A stretch of DNA of 64,000 nucleotides from Eledone cirrhosa (taxonomy: Eukaryota): positions 287,432,001 through 287,496,000 of the forward strand of contig OZ024743.1 of assembly GCA_964016885.1 (NCBI GenBank), read 5' to 3'. This document shows positions 1-12,250 of the stretch, piece after piece. Position numbers and translations under genes: made by a program. Position 1 is the first letter of the stretch, and each line of letters starts with the position of its first letter. Under the pieces are notes generated by a model. The model had not been told where the DNA came from. It did no database searches and saw nothing but the letters and a program-made list of their open reading frames with translations.

Positions 1-22
1 AACGTTGATGATGATGATGATG

Positions 23-1080
23 ATGAGACCCGGATAGTAACACTGAAGCAACACCTTCAACAGAGGAAAAAGGTTGGCAACCATCTTGCCCAGGTTTATG
101 AGCATGAAAAAAAATATCATGAGAATAGCGACTGATCTGGAGGAGAGATATGGTATAAAGCCTGATATAAATCTCTCACCCTGAGAAATCGGAAGATCCT
201 ATTTAATGTTCAAACAAGATGAAAAAATTGACCAATTTACAGAAAAAGTTGTGCATGGATACTTGAGACGTAAAACACAGACCATAGAGGGGATAAACTA
301 CTCAAAAAGCCTGGCATGGAGTTCCGACAAGTTTATGACATCACACCTTGAGGGATATCTCTATGCAATACAGGAACAAGAACTCCCTACCAAATATCTG
401 CTGCACAAAAGAGGAGGGCCAGCAGCTGACAATAAATGTAGGCTATGTAAAACAAAGATCGAGGATGTACATTGTTGCCAACTGCGAAAGAATGTCATCT
501 CGCTACTACCTCCCCATGAGACACGATGGGATAGCTAGAACCATCTGGAACGCAATTCGGAAAACAAAATTAACAACGAACGAGGAAGAATATATTGAGA
601 CAGATGGCACTAAGGAATACTGGTGGAACCTGAAAATAAAAACTGCCACCAAATTAAAGCACAACCGGCCTGATATTGTTGCTTGGGACCACACATTGAA
701 AACGTGTTCTGTTGTGGAGATCAGCTACCCACTTGATGTAAACGTTGTCAGAAAAATACAGGAGAAGGACATCTACGGACCATTGATGAGGAGTTTACAA
801 ATCCAGTATCCAAGATACACCTTTAGCTTCATACCCATCATTATTGGAGCTACGGGTTATATACCAACCCTCTTAGACCAAAGTATGACTGAACTTGGAT
901 TTGCGGACAAAAAGCACAGCTCCCTAATTCATAGTCTACAAATAGCTGCGATAGCTGGCACCTTCAAAATTTGCAAAACATTCTTGCGATTCAAGGGATG
1001 ACAATTTCTTTTCTTTTACAACCTTGCCACCAGGAAGGTGGCCGATCAAAAAAAATATACTCGAAATTAAGAGAAAGAGA
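23..1080 (+). mobile_element. 5'-truncated, frameshifted R4/Dong-like non-LTR retrotransposon (zinc knuckle + restriction-like endonuclease + 3' UTR)
   Basis: ORFs 206-538 and 348-1001 carry CRLC..(H)IVANC and HNRPDIV..VVEIS (PD-(D/E)xK motif). Near-identical to 5046-6106. Joined to an upstream RTE (GAT)n tail through ATGA microhomology. Confidence 0.88.
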
Positions 1081-1135
1081 TATACATACATATATACATA
1101 TAAATACATACACACATACATATATACATACATAC

Positions 1136-1790
1136 ATGGTGGCTGCCAACTCATTTTCGAGTACGGCCACTACTTTATATCCATGTAGGAGAACCCCTAC
1201 CGATGCGCTAAACAAGTGTGACTTTTTAGTCGAGCCAGCGACTTGAAAACTCTGGTACAAACACTACACCTGTGACAATTATTGACACATACTGTTGGGC
1301 CCATGGCACCATGTGACAACAAGTGCAGAGAGATCTCCAGATATAAAGCAATGCCTGTGCCGTGAAGCTTTTATAGTGAGCAAAGGCACTGCACAAAGCC
1401 AGTCCCACTCTCTTAACCAAGATGATATTTACCAAAAAGAAGAACAAGTCAACATCATTGGATACCATCAGGGTTGCAGGTGATATATCAGAGTTTTCCT
1501 TCTCCTAGAATTCTGCCTTGACAAAGGCTAAGGGGTCATCTCTCCGGTGATTTTGGATGGCCATTGACTCTTAAGAGCTTTGACAGGTTTTGTTTTTTGT
1601 CCTGCAGGATGTCCAAAGTCACCCTCCTCACCAAGAAGGCTTGGTGGGGTTGCCAGTTTAGTCGCCAACGACCCGACCATGAGACAGGTTGTACTGGGAT
1701 ACATGTTACCAGTTTAGTCGCCAACGACCCGACCATGACACAGGTTGTAGTGGGATACATGTTACCAGTAGCACCAACTGGTGACCCGAC
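1136..1790 (-). mobile_element. Non-autonomous RTE-related element (RTE 5'-UTR-like), copy 1, with an internal 56-bp tandem duplication
   Basis: The - strand has TCTAGGAGAAGGAAAACTCTGA, a motif I recognise from RTE 5' UTRs. Repeated at 6131-6724 and 7303-7548. Flanked by (TACA)n. 1653-1708 is duplicated at 1709-1764 through CCAGT microhomology. Confidence 0.6.
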
Positions 1791-1900
1791 ATAGATACAT
1801 ACACACACACACATACATATATACATACATACACACACACATACATACATACATACACATATATAAACATACATACATACATAGATATATACATACATAC

Positions 1901-4900
1901 AATGGCGACCGTTGTGGTCAGTGTCCGATAATCGGACGTGTGTAATTACGGCTTACATGAAGGCAACATACCATATATTGGAAAAAGTTGAGCTACATCA
2001 CGCGGTAAGATTACATACAATAATTCTACATAAGTGTTTGAACTGTAAGTGTGTTGTAAAACACATATTTATATGAACGATACATATTCTTAAGATATAT
2101 GAATGATACATACACTTTAACATATAAATGCAACGTTGTTATATTACATTTATAAAGTAACGTTTTCGATTCAGAAACAAAAACATAAGTGTTTGAACTG
2201 TGAATATGTTGTGAATAAGTTGTAGAACACCCATTTATGTGAATGATACATAAACTTTAACATATAAATACAGCGTTGTTATATTATATTACATTCATAA
2301 AGAAATATACTAAGTAACGTTTTTTTTTGTTCTCGATTCAAACGATTCAAGAACAACGTTTAAAACACAGTTGTAAAATTAAAAACTAACTGAAAAGAAA
2401 TATTACCCAAGCTGTGAATAACTTTAAATTTGATTCTGACAGAACCTTGTCGAAACTTTTAAAGAAGATCATCGACTATTTTGAAAAATAAATACGAAAT
2501 ATTAGTGAATAGACGAACTCATCATGGCAAAAAGTACAAGTCTCCTTCGACCAAATCGCAACTACAACTGTTGTATACAGTGGAGCTACGAGCTTAGCAA
2601 AGAATCATATGAAGCATACAAACAATCTGAACCCCAAAAGTTCGATTTTATGCAAAGGCTAAAAACTTTATGGAACTCCAAACACCCAGAATTAGACTTT
2701 TCTCCAAAGCATTTAAATGAACAGGCAAAACGTATCATTAGATGTAAATTGATACATCTCACGGAATTTGATACATCTCACGGAATTGAATGATACTACA
2801 AATACAGCCCTTGTAGACAACCACCCCACCTCCACTGACAGACAAAGAGAATGGCCAGCTAAATCTAACAGTAAACAGCTCACCAACAATTTTGCTGAAA
2901 TCCATCCCACTTCCACTGAAGAACAGCGAGAAAGGTCAGCTAACTTTAGTAGTAATTGTCACATCAACAACGAGGCTGAAATTCACGACTCTACTGAACA
3001 AACAGAACACCAAATACAACTTGTGGACACCTTACAAGTGATATGGGACGATATGTTTCAAGAGATACACAGCCTTAATGTGAGTGACAGACCATACAAC
3101 ACCAGAATCAGTAAAGAACCCACTAAATTGGAATTGGAAGCGGTGAACGAAATAGCTGGCAATTATCTTAAGGCTATACGATCTAAAGGTGTAGAAATGA
3201 CATTTGAAACGCTTAATATTTTGTTATATGTTTCAGCTGTCACATTGCTATCATATAACACACATCTAAAACCACGCAATCAAGATACAAACAGAAAGCC
3301 TGAACCAGCGTGGATGCGAAACTTAAAAAGCAAAATTTTGTCTCCGAGACGAAGTATCTCACACATCGCAGTCGTTATGAAATGCAACATAGAGAGCAAT
3401 TTCACATGACACCAGGAAGACCTAAAAAAAAAGTTAGAGAGACAATTCGGAGATACAAAATTTAAAACTTTGAACTCCAAATTACACCAGTTGAAACAAC
3501 AACTCACAGCTACAACAGAAAGACTAAAATATAAGTCAACAGCACATAAACGACAAGTGCTAAATAGATTGTTTGCCAGAGATCCTAAATCAGTTTATCG
3601 CAGCTTCGGTGGCAAAAGCTCAATCTCTGTAAATGACACCCCTTCAAAAGAACAGGTTGAGAGCTACTAGAGATCTGTATGGGAAACGGCTGACGGATTC
3701 AACAGACAAACTAATTGGCTAAAAGAACTGGAACAGGACTACTGCCAACATGTCCAGACAAAACATTATGACATAGATGGGTCAATACTGGAAACAGCTC
3801 TACAGAAAATGTCGAATAGGAAATCGCCAGGCCCAGACCTCATTACAGGATACTGGTTGAAGAATTTCACTTTCTATCGGCAAGATCTCATACGGCTGTT
3901 TACAGAAACCATTAAAGGCACACAAGAACTGCCACTAATCTCATCATTCCCAAAAATAGCCAAACCCCCTTTGCTAAAAATTACCGCCCAATAGCCTGCC
4001 AAAACATCATGTATAAATTATATACTGGGTGCCTTAACCTGTTCTTACAGGATCACTGTGCTACCAACAACATCATAACACCTGAGCAAGCTGGTGGAAA
4101 GAGGGTGGTGTGGGGTTGCATAGGTCACGTACTAACTAATAAAATGATTCAGGAAAAAAACAACAAAGAATCGCAGAAACATGACTGTGGTGTGGCTGGA
4201 CCATCAAAAAGCATTTGATAGTGTACCTCATGGGTGGATTATTAAGGCTTTACAGTTAGCCAAAGTCCCACAACCATTGGTAGCTGCTGTTGAACGCCTG
4301 ACCAAGAACTGGTACACCAATTTGATCCTTAGAGGTGAGAAGGAGCAAGTTAAGACTGATAAGATACATTACCAGAAGGGCATCTTTCAGGGTGATAGCT
4401 TGTCAATGCTACTCTTCGTTCTCTCAGTGAATCACTATCTTACCTACTCAGGAAACAAGGTGGACAAAGAAGTGGGTCCAGAAGTATTTCCCATCTTTTC
4501 TTTGTTGATGACCTGAAGTTGTATGGGCCAAATATCAATGACATCAAGAAACAATTGAACCTCATTACACAATTTTCAACAGACATCAAAATGAAATTTG
4601 GTGAGTCCAAGTGTGCATATTTGGCAGTAAAACGTGGAAGAGCTGTGCCCTCCTCTAGAAATCTAGAGATGAACAGCCTGACAATACAACCTCTACAGTC
4701 AGGTGACAACTACAGATATCTTGGACAGGATAAGAATGTCAGATATGATGGACCCATAAATAAGGAGAGAACCAGAACTGAATACTTCAGAAGAGTAAAG
4801 AAAATATGGTCATCAGAACTGTCAGCGTACAACAAATACATTGCCCACAACACTTATGCTGTGTCAATTCTAACGCCAACATTTGGCCTGCTGATCTGGT

Positions 4901-6106
4901 CATTACAAGAACTAAGTGAGATGGATGTTAGAACTCGCAAACTTCTCAGTGTTACTGGGAACTTTAACATCACTGGTGATGTGGATAGGCTATACTTCTC
5001 ACGCAAGGAAGGTGGCCGGGGTCTAAAATCAATATTAACAACATATGAGACCCGGATAGTAACACTGAAGCAACACCTTCAACAGAGGGAAAAGGTTGGC
5101 AACCATCTTGCCCAGATTTATGAGCATGAAAAAAAAAAAATCATTAGAATAGCGACTGATCTGGTGGAGAGATATGGTATAAAGCCTGATATAAATCTCT
5201 CACCCAGAGAAATCGGAAGATCCTATTCAATGTTCAAACAAGATGAAAAAATTGACCAATTTACAGAAAAAGTTGTGCATGGATACTTGAGACGTAAAAC
5301 ACAGACCATAGAGGGGATAAACTACTCAAAAAGCCTGGCATGGAGTTCCGACAAGTTTATGACATCACACCTTGAGGGACATCTCTATGCAATACAGGAA
5401 CAAGAACTCCCTACCAAATATCTGCTGCACAAAAGAGGAGGGCCAGCAGCTGACAATAAATGTAGGCTATGTAAAACAAAGATCGAGGATGTACATTGTT
5501 GCCAGCTGCGAAAGAATGTCATCTCGCTACTACCTCTCCATGAGACACGATGGGATAGCTAGAACCATCTGGAACGCACTTCGGAAAACAAAATTAACAA
5601 CGAACGAGGAAGAATATATTGAGACAGATGGTACTAAGGAATACTGGTGGAACCTGAAAATAAAAACTGCCACCAAATTAAAGCACAACCGGCCTGATAT
5701 TGTTGTTTGGGACCACACATTGAAAACGTGTTCTGTTGTGGAGATCAGCTACCCACTTGTGTAAACGTTGTCAGAAAAATACAGGAGAAGGAGGACATCT
5801 ACGGACCATTGATGAGGAGTTTACAAATCCAGTATCCAAGATACACCTTTAGCTTCATACCCACCATTATTGGAGCTACGGGTTATATACCAACCCTCTT
5901 GGACCAAAGTATGACTGAACTTGGATTTGTGGACAAAAAGCACAGCTCCCTAATTCATAGTCTACAAATAGCTGCGATAGCTGGCACCTTCAAAATTTGC
6001 AAAACATTCTTGCGATTCAAGGGATGACAATTTCTTTTCTTTTACAACCTTGCCACCAGGAAGGTGGCCGATCAAAAAAAATATACTCGAAATTAAGAGA
6101 AAGAGA
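1901..6106 (+). mobile_element. Near full-length decayed R4/Dong-like RLE non-LTR retrotransposon (pseudo-ORF 2524-6027)
   Basis: Successive broken frames encode RT motifs (KSPGPD, YRPIAC, PEQAG, WLDHQKAFDSVPH, GIFQGDSLS, FVDD, YRYLG, GGRGL), then the zinc knuckle and RPD endonuclease. Many stops and frameshifts, including a 19-bp duplication near 2749-2786. The 5' boundary is uncertain. Confidence 0.88.
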
Positions 6107-6130
6107 TATACATACATATATACATACATA

Positions 6131-6724
6131 CATGGTGGCTGCCAACTCATTTTCGAGTACGGCCACTACTTTATATCCATGTAGGAGAACCCCTACCGAT
6201 GCGCTAAACAAGTGTGACTTTTTAGTCGAGCCAGCGACTTGAAAACTCTGGTACAAACACTACACCTGTGACAATTATTGACACATACTGCTGGGCCCAT
6301 GGCACCATGTGACAAGTGCAGAGAGATCTCCAGATATAAAGCAATGCCTGTGCCGTGAAGCCTTTATAGTAAGCAAAGGCACTGCACAAAGCCAGTCCCA
6401 CTCTCTTAACCAAGATGATATTTACTAAAAAGAAGAACAAGTCAACATCATTGGATACCATCAGGGTTGCAGGTGATATATCAGAGTTTTCCTTCTAGAA
6501 TTCTGCCTTGACAAAGGCTAAGGGGTCATCTCTCTGGTGATTTTGGATGGCCATTGACTCTTAAGAGCTTTGACAGGTTTTGTTTTTTGTCCTGCAGGAT
6601 GTCCAAAGTCACCCTCCTCACCAAGAAACCTTGGTGGGGTTGCCAGTTTAGTCGCCAACGACCCGACTATGAGACAGGTTGTACTGGGATACATGTTACC
6701 AGTAGCACCAACTGGTGACCTGAC
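6131..6724 (-). mobile_element. Non-autonomous RTE-related element, copy 2
   Basis: Near-identical to 1136-1790 but lacks the 56-bp duplication. Confidence 0.6.
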
Positions 6725-6804
6725 ATACAGACATACATATATACATACATACACACACATATATATACATACATACATACATAGATATATACATACATAC
6801 ATAC

Positions 6805-7548
6805 AATGGCGACCGTTGTTGTCAGTGTCCGATAATCGGACGTGTGTAATTACGGCTTACATGAAGGCAACATACCATATATTGGAAAAAGTTGAGCTAC
6901 ATTACGCGGTAAGATTACATACAATAATTCTACATAAGTGTTTGAACTGTAAGTGTGTTGTAAAACACCTATTTATATGAACGATACATATTCTTATGAT
7001 ATATGAACGATACATACACTTTAACATATAAAGGCAACGTTGTTATATTATATTTATAAAGAAATATACAAGTAAACATTTTCGATTCAGAAACAAAAAC
7101 ATAAGTGTTTGAACTGTGAATAAGTTGTAGAACACCTATTTATGTGAATGATATATACTCTTTAACATATAAATACAGCGTTGTTATATTATATTACATT
7201 CATAAAGAAATATACTAAGTACCGTTTTTTTTTTTGTTCCAATTTACAGAAAAAGTTGTGCATGAGACGTAAAACACAGACCATAGAGGGGATAAACCAC
7301 TTTGAGTTTTCCTTCTCCTAGAATTCTGCCTTGACAAAGGCTAAGGGGTCATCTCTCCCGGTGATTTTGGATGGCCATTGACTCTTAAGAGCTTTGACAG
7401 GTTTTGTTTTTTGTCTTGCAGGATGTCCAAAGTCACCCTCCTCACCAAGAAACCTTGATGGGGTTGCCAGTTTAGTCGCCAACGACCCGACCATGAGACA
7501 GGTTGTACTGGGATACATGTTACCAGTAGCACCAACTGGTGACCTGAC
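6805..7548. repeat. Third, internally deleted copy of the ~5-kb composite unit
   Basis: 6805-7238 matches 1901-~2330, ~7239-7297 matches ~5256-5322, and 7303-7548 matches ~6483-6724. Confidence 0.8.
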
Positions 7549-7697
7549 GTATGTATGTATATATATATACATACATAGTTATAATAATAATATTTATACT
7601 TATATGATTATAAATATGGATGGTAGTTCTAATAATTTTTTTTTACATACATACATATATATATATATACAATATATTAATAAATGGAAACTATATT

Positions 7698-7743
7698 TAT
7701 TTTATACATATTTCAGGAGCCACCGCTTTCATCAGATAAAATA
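7698..7743 (-). ncRNA. Minimal type I hammerhead-like motif in a probable Penelope pLTR fragment
   Basis: - strand reads TATTTTAT CTGATGA AAGCGGTGGCTCCT GAAA TATG TA TAAAATA. A related copy is at 50943-51001. Stem II is imperfect. Confidence 0.55.
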
Positions 7744-7823
7744 TATATATGTATGTATGAAACTTAATTATTCGTGTAATGCGACTCCTATAACGTTTTT
7801 AATAATTATTTGATATTACTTAC

Positions 7824-7940
7824 CTTTTGCTTCTCCTGCGTTTGTTGTCACTCGCGCTATTCTATGGAGAAAAATGGCGCCAAACTTTTCCTTTTGAAAG
7901 AATAATGTGATTTGTCACGTGATTGTGTTCACGTGATATT
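7824..7940 (-). promoter_or_regulatory. Probable promoter and non-coding first exon of a divergent - strand gene (YY1-type motif, twin E-boxes, splice donor)
   Basis: AAAATGGCG at 7871-7879, TCACGTGA at 7915-7922 and 7929-7936, a CpG-containing patch, and a - strand AAG|GTAAGT donor at 7824/7823. Confidence 0.5.
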
Positions 7941-7970
7941 ACCTTTAAATATGTAAATACGTATTTTTGA

Positions 7971-8888
7971 CACTACAACGCTATTAGTCGTGAAAGCAGC
8001 CGACGAAAGTGGCCTCATTCGGCGTTGTTTATTTCCGTATTAATACCACCACGCGTAAGTGGAGTTTTCACGCGGTTTTTAATTTTTTTTTTTTTAAAGC
8101 ATATCGATGTAAGTGGAGTTACTTAAATGAAAATATAGGTGGCCCTTAAAAGGGCCAAATTAGAAAACAAATTTCAGTTAATTAGAAAACAAGTCATGGT
8201 TATCAAATAAATTGGATTTAATCATATTTTCACAGTCATGGTAATCAATATAAAAACAAGTCATTTTCACCAACAGTGGAATTACTTCTGACAGCTAATA
8301 CCATGAACTATATAAGGTCCAAATTGTTAATGGAATTCACCATCGCTACCGCTACTACAGCAGATACCATCAATCTCCATGGGAACTGTCTCCCGTCTCC
8401 ACGTGGACTGTATCCATGCTTTTGAATAAGGTTTGGTGAAAAAAATTTGTTTTCTAAACATTTCTTCATAAAGGGTTGGTGAAAAAAATTTGATAACCAT
8501 AAATTTGTTTTCTAATTTGGCCCTTTTAAGGGCCACCTATATTTTCATTTAATGTTGGTGAAAATGACATGTTTTCTACATTAATAACCATGACTATGAA
8601 AATATAGTTCATGGTATTAGCTGTCAGAAGTAATTCCACTGTTGATGAAAATTACTTGTTTTCTACATTGATAACCATGACTATGAAAATATAAATGATT
8701 AAATCCAATTTATTTGATAACCATGACTTGTTTTCTAATTAACTTAAATTTATTTTCTAATTTGGCCCTTTAAGGGCCACCTATATTTTCATTTAAGTAA
8801 CTCCACTTACGCGTGGTAGTAATACGGAAATAAACGATGTTTTGCTTTCATCGGCTGCTTTCGACTGGCAGCTAATAGCGTTGTAGTG
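7971..8888. mobile_element. Fold-back / MITE-like element with long imperfect inverted arms
   Basis: Ends CACTACAACGCTATTAG ... CTAATAGCGTTGTAGTG. About 350 bp of the left arm is mirrored on the right, with reiterated subunits (TTGATAACCATGAC, GGCCCTTAAAAGGGCC). No clear target-site duplication. Confidence 0.7.
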
Positions 8889-9306
8889 CCAAAGTAGCTA
8901 AATATTACAGAAATGTTACTTTACTGACTTGAAAAGGGAGGGACGCTGTTGATAATGTAGTCCTAGATACGTAATGCCTGATATAAGGATGGGATGGTCA
9001 TAGCTGGAACGTATTTGATCATAGGTTTTCTCAGTCAAGGCTAATTTATGTCCAATAAACTGCAACAATAAGATAACAATACTAGATAAGATTTTACGCG
9101 CCAACATACTAAAGACATGGAAGGGAGACAATTCATGTTACTAAAGAAGCGATAAATATCATAAGGGACATAATTAATATTCACACCGGTCAAGTTTATC
9201 TGCGTGAGAACACTAACTTAACTAAAAAAGAAAAGAAATAAATTTACTTGGGAAAAATTCCTTTGGCAGTGAATTCAACGGAGTGTATGGCAAGTAACCA
9301 CAAAGA

Positions 9307-9792
9307 ATGGTCATCATTAAAGAGAAAGTATTTCAAAACATCGGTTACAGAAAAATGTTTTCCTGGTTATGTAAAGTTCGCGTTTTAAAAATATTTCTAT
9401 TTCTTGTGTTGGTTCTTGTGATTTTTATCAACCTCGGCCAATTCTTGAGACGTTTCATGCCTAGAACAGTAAACAATGTGATAAATAGCCCTCTCCTTAG
9501 GGAGGGCTCTACCTATATTAACGTCGGTCATATGAGTGTGGACCTCTTAACATCCACGCTTACCTTCACTGATCCTCTCTGGGTCCCTGATATGGCAGCA
9601 GCGGCGGCAGATGCAGCAGCGATGGCGGCAGAGGGAGAAGAAGACGAAGCTGGCGATGGCAATTACTTAAAAGGGACCTTTCCTACCTCTGTCAAAGATT
9701 TCGCTGACCAGGCCATGGAGTGCGATTCCTTCGATCCTGGGGATAGCTCGGCTTCTTTCTGTCGAAAGTTTGGGAAACATGTCCAACTTCAC
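9307..9792 (+). CDS. MYORG-like GH31 protein, exon 1 (cytosolic tail, single TM helix, start of luminal beta domain)
   Basis: The ORF has a hydrophobic segment IFLFLVLVLVIFINL. A phase-0 donor CAC|GTAATG matches the phase-0 acceptor at 12461. The start could be 9355 and an alternative donor is possible at 9798. Confidence 0.75.
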
Positions 9793-10379
9793 GTAATGGT
9801 TTCTTCTTTTTCTTCTTTAAAATGTATGATAGCATACGTGGGCAAAAAATGCCAATTTTTTTTTATATTAGTTAAGAGGGAACAGTTGATGAAATGGTGT
9901 ATGGCAAGATTTGAACTCGGAGCGTAAATGGTCGTGATTAAATACTGTAAGATATTTTGTCTGATGCTCTAGTAACAGTCAATTTACTGCCCTTAACAGT
10001 AATTGTTTGTGATATACATAGACACAATGCCAGAAAATTGTTTTGTCCTGCCATATAGAAATTGTAGGTAAGAATTCCGTATAGTGTACTTAATGTAAAC
10101 TATATGCAAAACTGGTGCGGTTGAACCACAGGTAAGCTGACAGCGAAGGAATTTTTCATGTGTAGTCAATGTACAGAGATGGTCAGCAGAAAAGAGATCC
10201 ATGAAATATATTCTATCAAATGCCCAGTTGATACCTAGGTGATATGACTAGCAGCAGAGTTGGGTTTTCTGAAAGTATATATAGTAGTCAGAGTAAGAAT
10301 TAGAAAGAAATGTTTGGGTAGTTATTACCACTACTGGCAACAAAGTGTTTCTCACTCTGAATGAAGGGTAGATTGTATG

Positions 10380-12250
10380 ATGCTTTAATATGAAGTACAA
10401 TGTTGTATGGTAGCAAGACATGGATATTCAATGTAGAGAATTTATGGAGGCTAAAATGAATGACTGAGCATATTCTGCTGGATGTGTAATGCTAGGGTAG
10501 ATGAATGATAGAGTACAAGTGAACTAAGAAAAAAACTGGGTATAATAATAATGAAATTATTGTGTACAGTGTTCAGGTGCACTACAACTCATCAAAGGTG
10601 CATGTATAGTACATAGAATAATGTACAAATGCCAAGGAAAGTGAATAGTGTATGAGTCATGATATACATGTGTGCGTGTGTATAGAAGAGTAAACAGATG
10701 TAATGTGTAAGAGAGAAGACTGCATTGGTACGGTCATTTGATGCATATAGAGAATGAGTTGGGTGATTTAAGTGCCAGGTACCTGTGGGAGAAGAACACT
10801 AGAAGAAGTAGTGAAAGTTGATCTCAGGATATTGAACCTTGGAAATGACAAAAAACTGATGAGCAGAGAGACACTGTGGTGCAATGGACCTATCAAACCC
10901 ATGGAAAAATGGACATTAAAATGATAAGAAGGATAATGGTGATTATGATTGTTTAGTTGGTTATATTATTATTATTTTCATTGGTTGAAATTTATCCCTC
11001 AGTAAGTGTACATAGTCTCAGGATGAAAACCTTTATTTCTAAACTAAGTGTAACAATGTTGTTACCCACAAGGCAGCAGATGAGAAAACCAAATCAATGG
11101 AAATGTAGTATCATCATCAATTTTTATGCCTGTTTTTTCATGCTTGCATGGGTTAGATGGGGCTTTCCCAGGACAGTGTCTCACTACTTTTTGCTTTCTT
11201 TTGTCATTTCCTTTGTGAGGATCAGCATTCTCAGATCAACTTTCTCTACTTCTGCTCATGTCCTCCTTGACTTTCATCTTCTATGGTTTCCTTCCATGTG
11301 GAACTTCTGGCACATCTTTACCACATGCCACTGTCCTTACATAATCATACATCTTTTGCATGCAATGCTTATGTCTCATTATCTTGCAACATTACACTAT
11401 ATACACAAGTATCATAAATATTCTTTTTGCTTGGAGAGAGAGGGAGTATCCCTTTATTGCCAGCAGAGGTAGTAGCACTCTGATCTTTATTCACCTTATT
11501 TTTATTCTAGTTGCTTTGCTATCGTAGCACTCTTCCCAACTTCTGATTAGGTCTCTCAGTTAATAGAAAGTATCAACTAGTTGTATGGAGCCTTCTGAAC
11601 ATTTGAAAGAATTTATTTTATTAGTGCTGTAACACAGATTACCACTATCTGTTATCTGGTGGTTCCGAAGGAAACTGGGGAGATGAGTGACTTTGGAGAA
11701 TAGTACAAGCCATGTATTGAGGTGTTGTCAGTAAAGTAAGAGTAGGCAATGAATTTAGTGAGGAATTCAATGTGTAGGTAGGTGTTCATCAAGTCTGTCC
11801 TCAATAGAGGAGTTCAGCACTGTCTGTCCTTGGGAACTTGAGTATGCTGATGACTTGGTCCTTATAGCCAAATCAGGGTTAGAGCGAAAAAAGAAATTCT
11901 TGTGGAAACAGAACTTGGAATCAAAATGGCTCAGAATAAACTTAACAAAAGCCAAAGTTTTTGTTAGTAGGAAAGAAGACCATACTCTGATACCACCAGA
12001 GAAGTGGCTGTGCTTGATATGTAGAAAAGGAGTAGGGAAGCTGTGCTGGAAAAAACTCATCCAACTCGTGCAAGCATGGAAAAATGGACATAAAATGGTG
12101 ACGATGATAATTCTTATTCTTTCTACTATGCATTCAGATCACCCTCACCCCATCCCACTCCTGATTAGGTCACTTAAGTATCAAATAGCCGTATGGCGCC
12201 TACTGAGCACTGGAAAGATTTTATTTTACTTGTGTTGTGACTGCTGACTA
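10380..12250. mobile_element. Cluster of old, degraded RTE fragments in both orientations (intron 1)
   Basis: Remnant peptides (CPWELEYADDLVLIA, INLTKAKV, WLCLICRKGVG, LHWYGHLM) and decayed 3' ends (catggaaaaatggacattaaaatgat). Confidence 0.75.

Noticed and set aside
1901-1975. HDV-like ribozyme at the putative 5' end of the RLE element
   Set aside because: Two small hairpins are present, but no nested double-pseudoknot pattern could be fitted.
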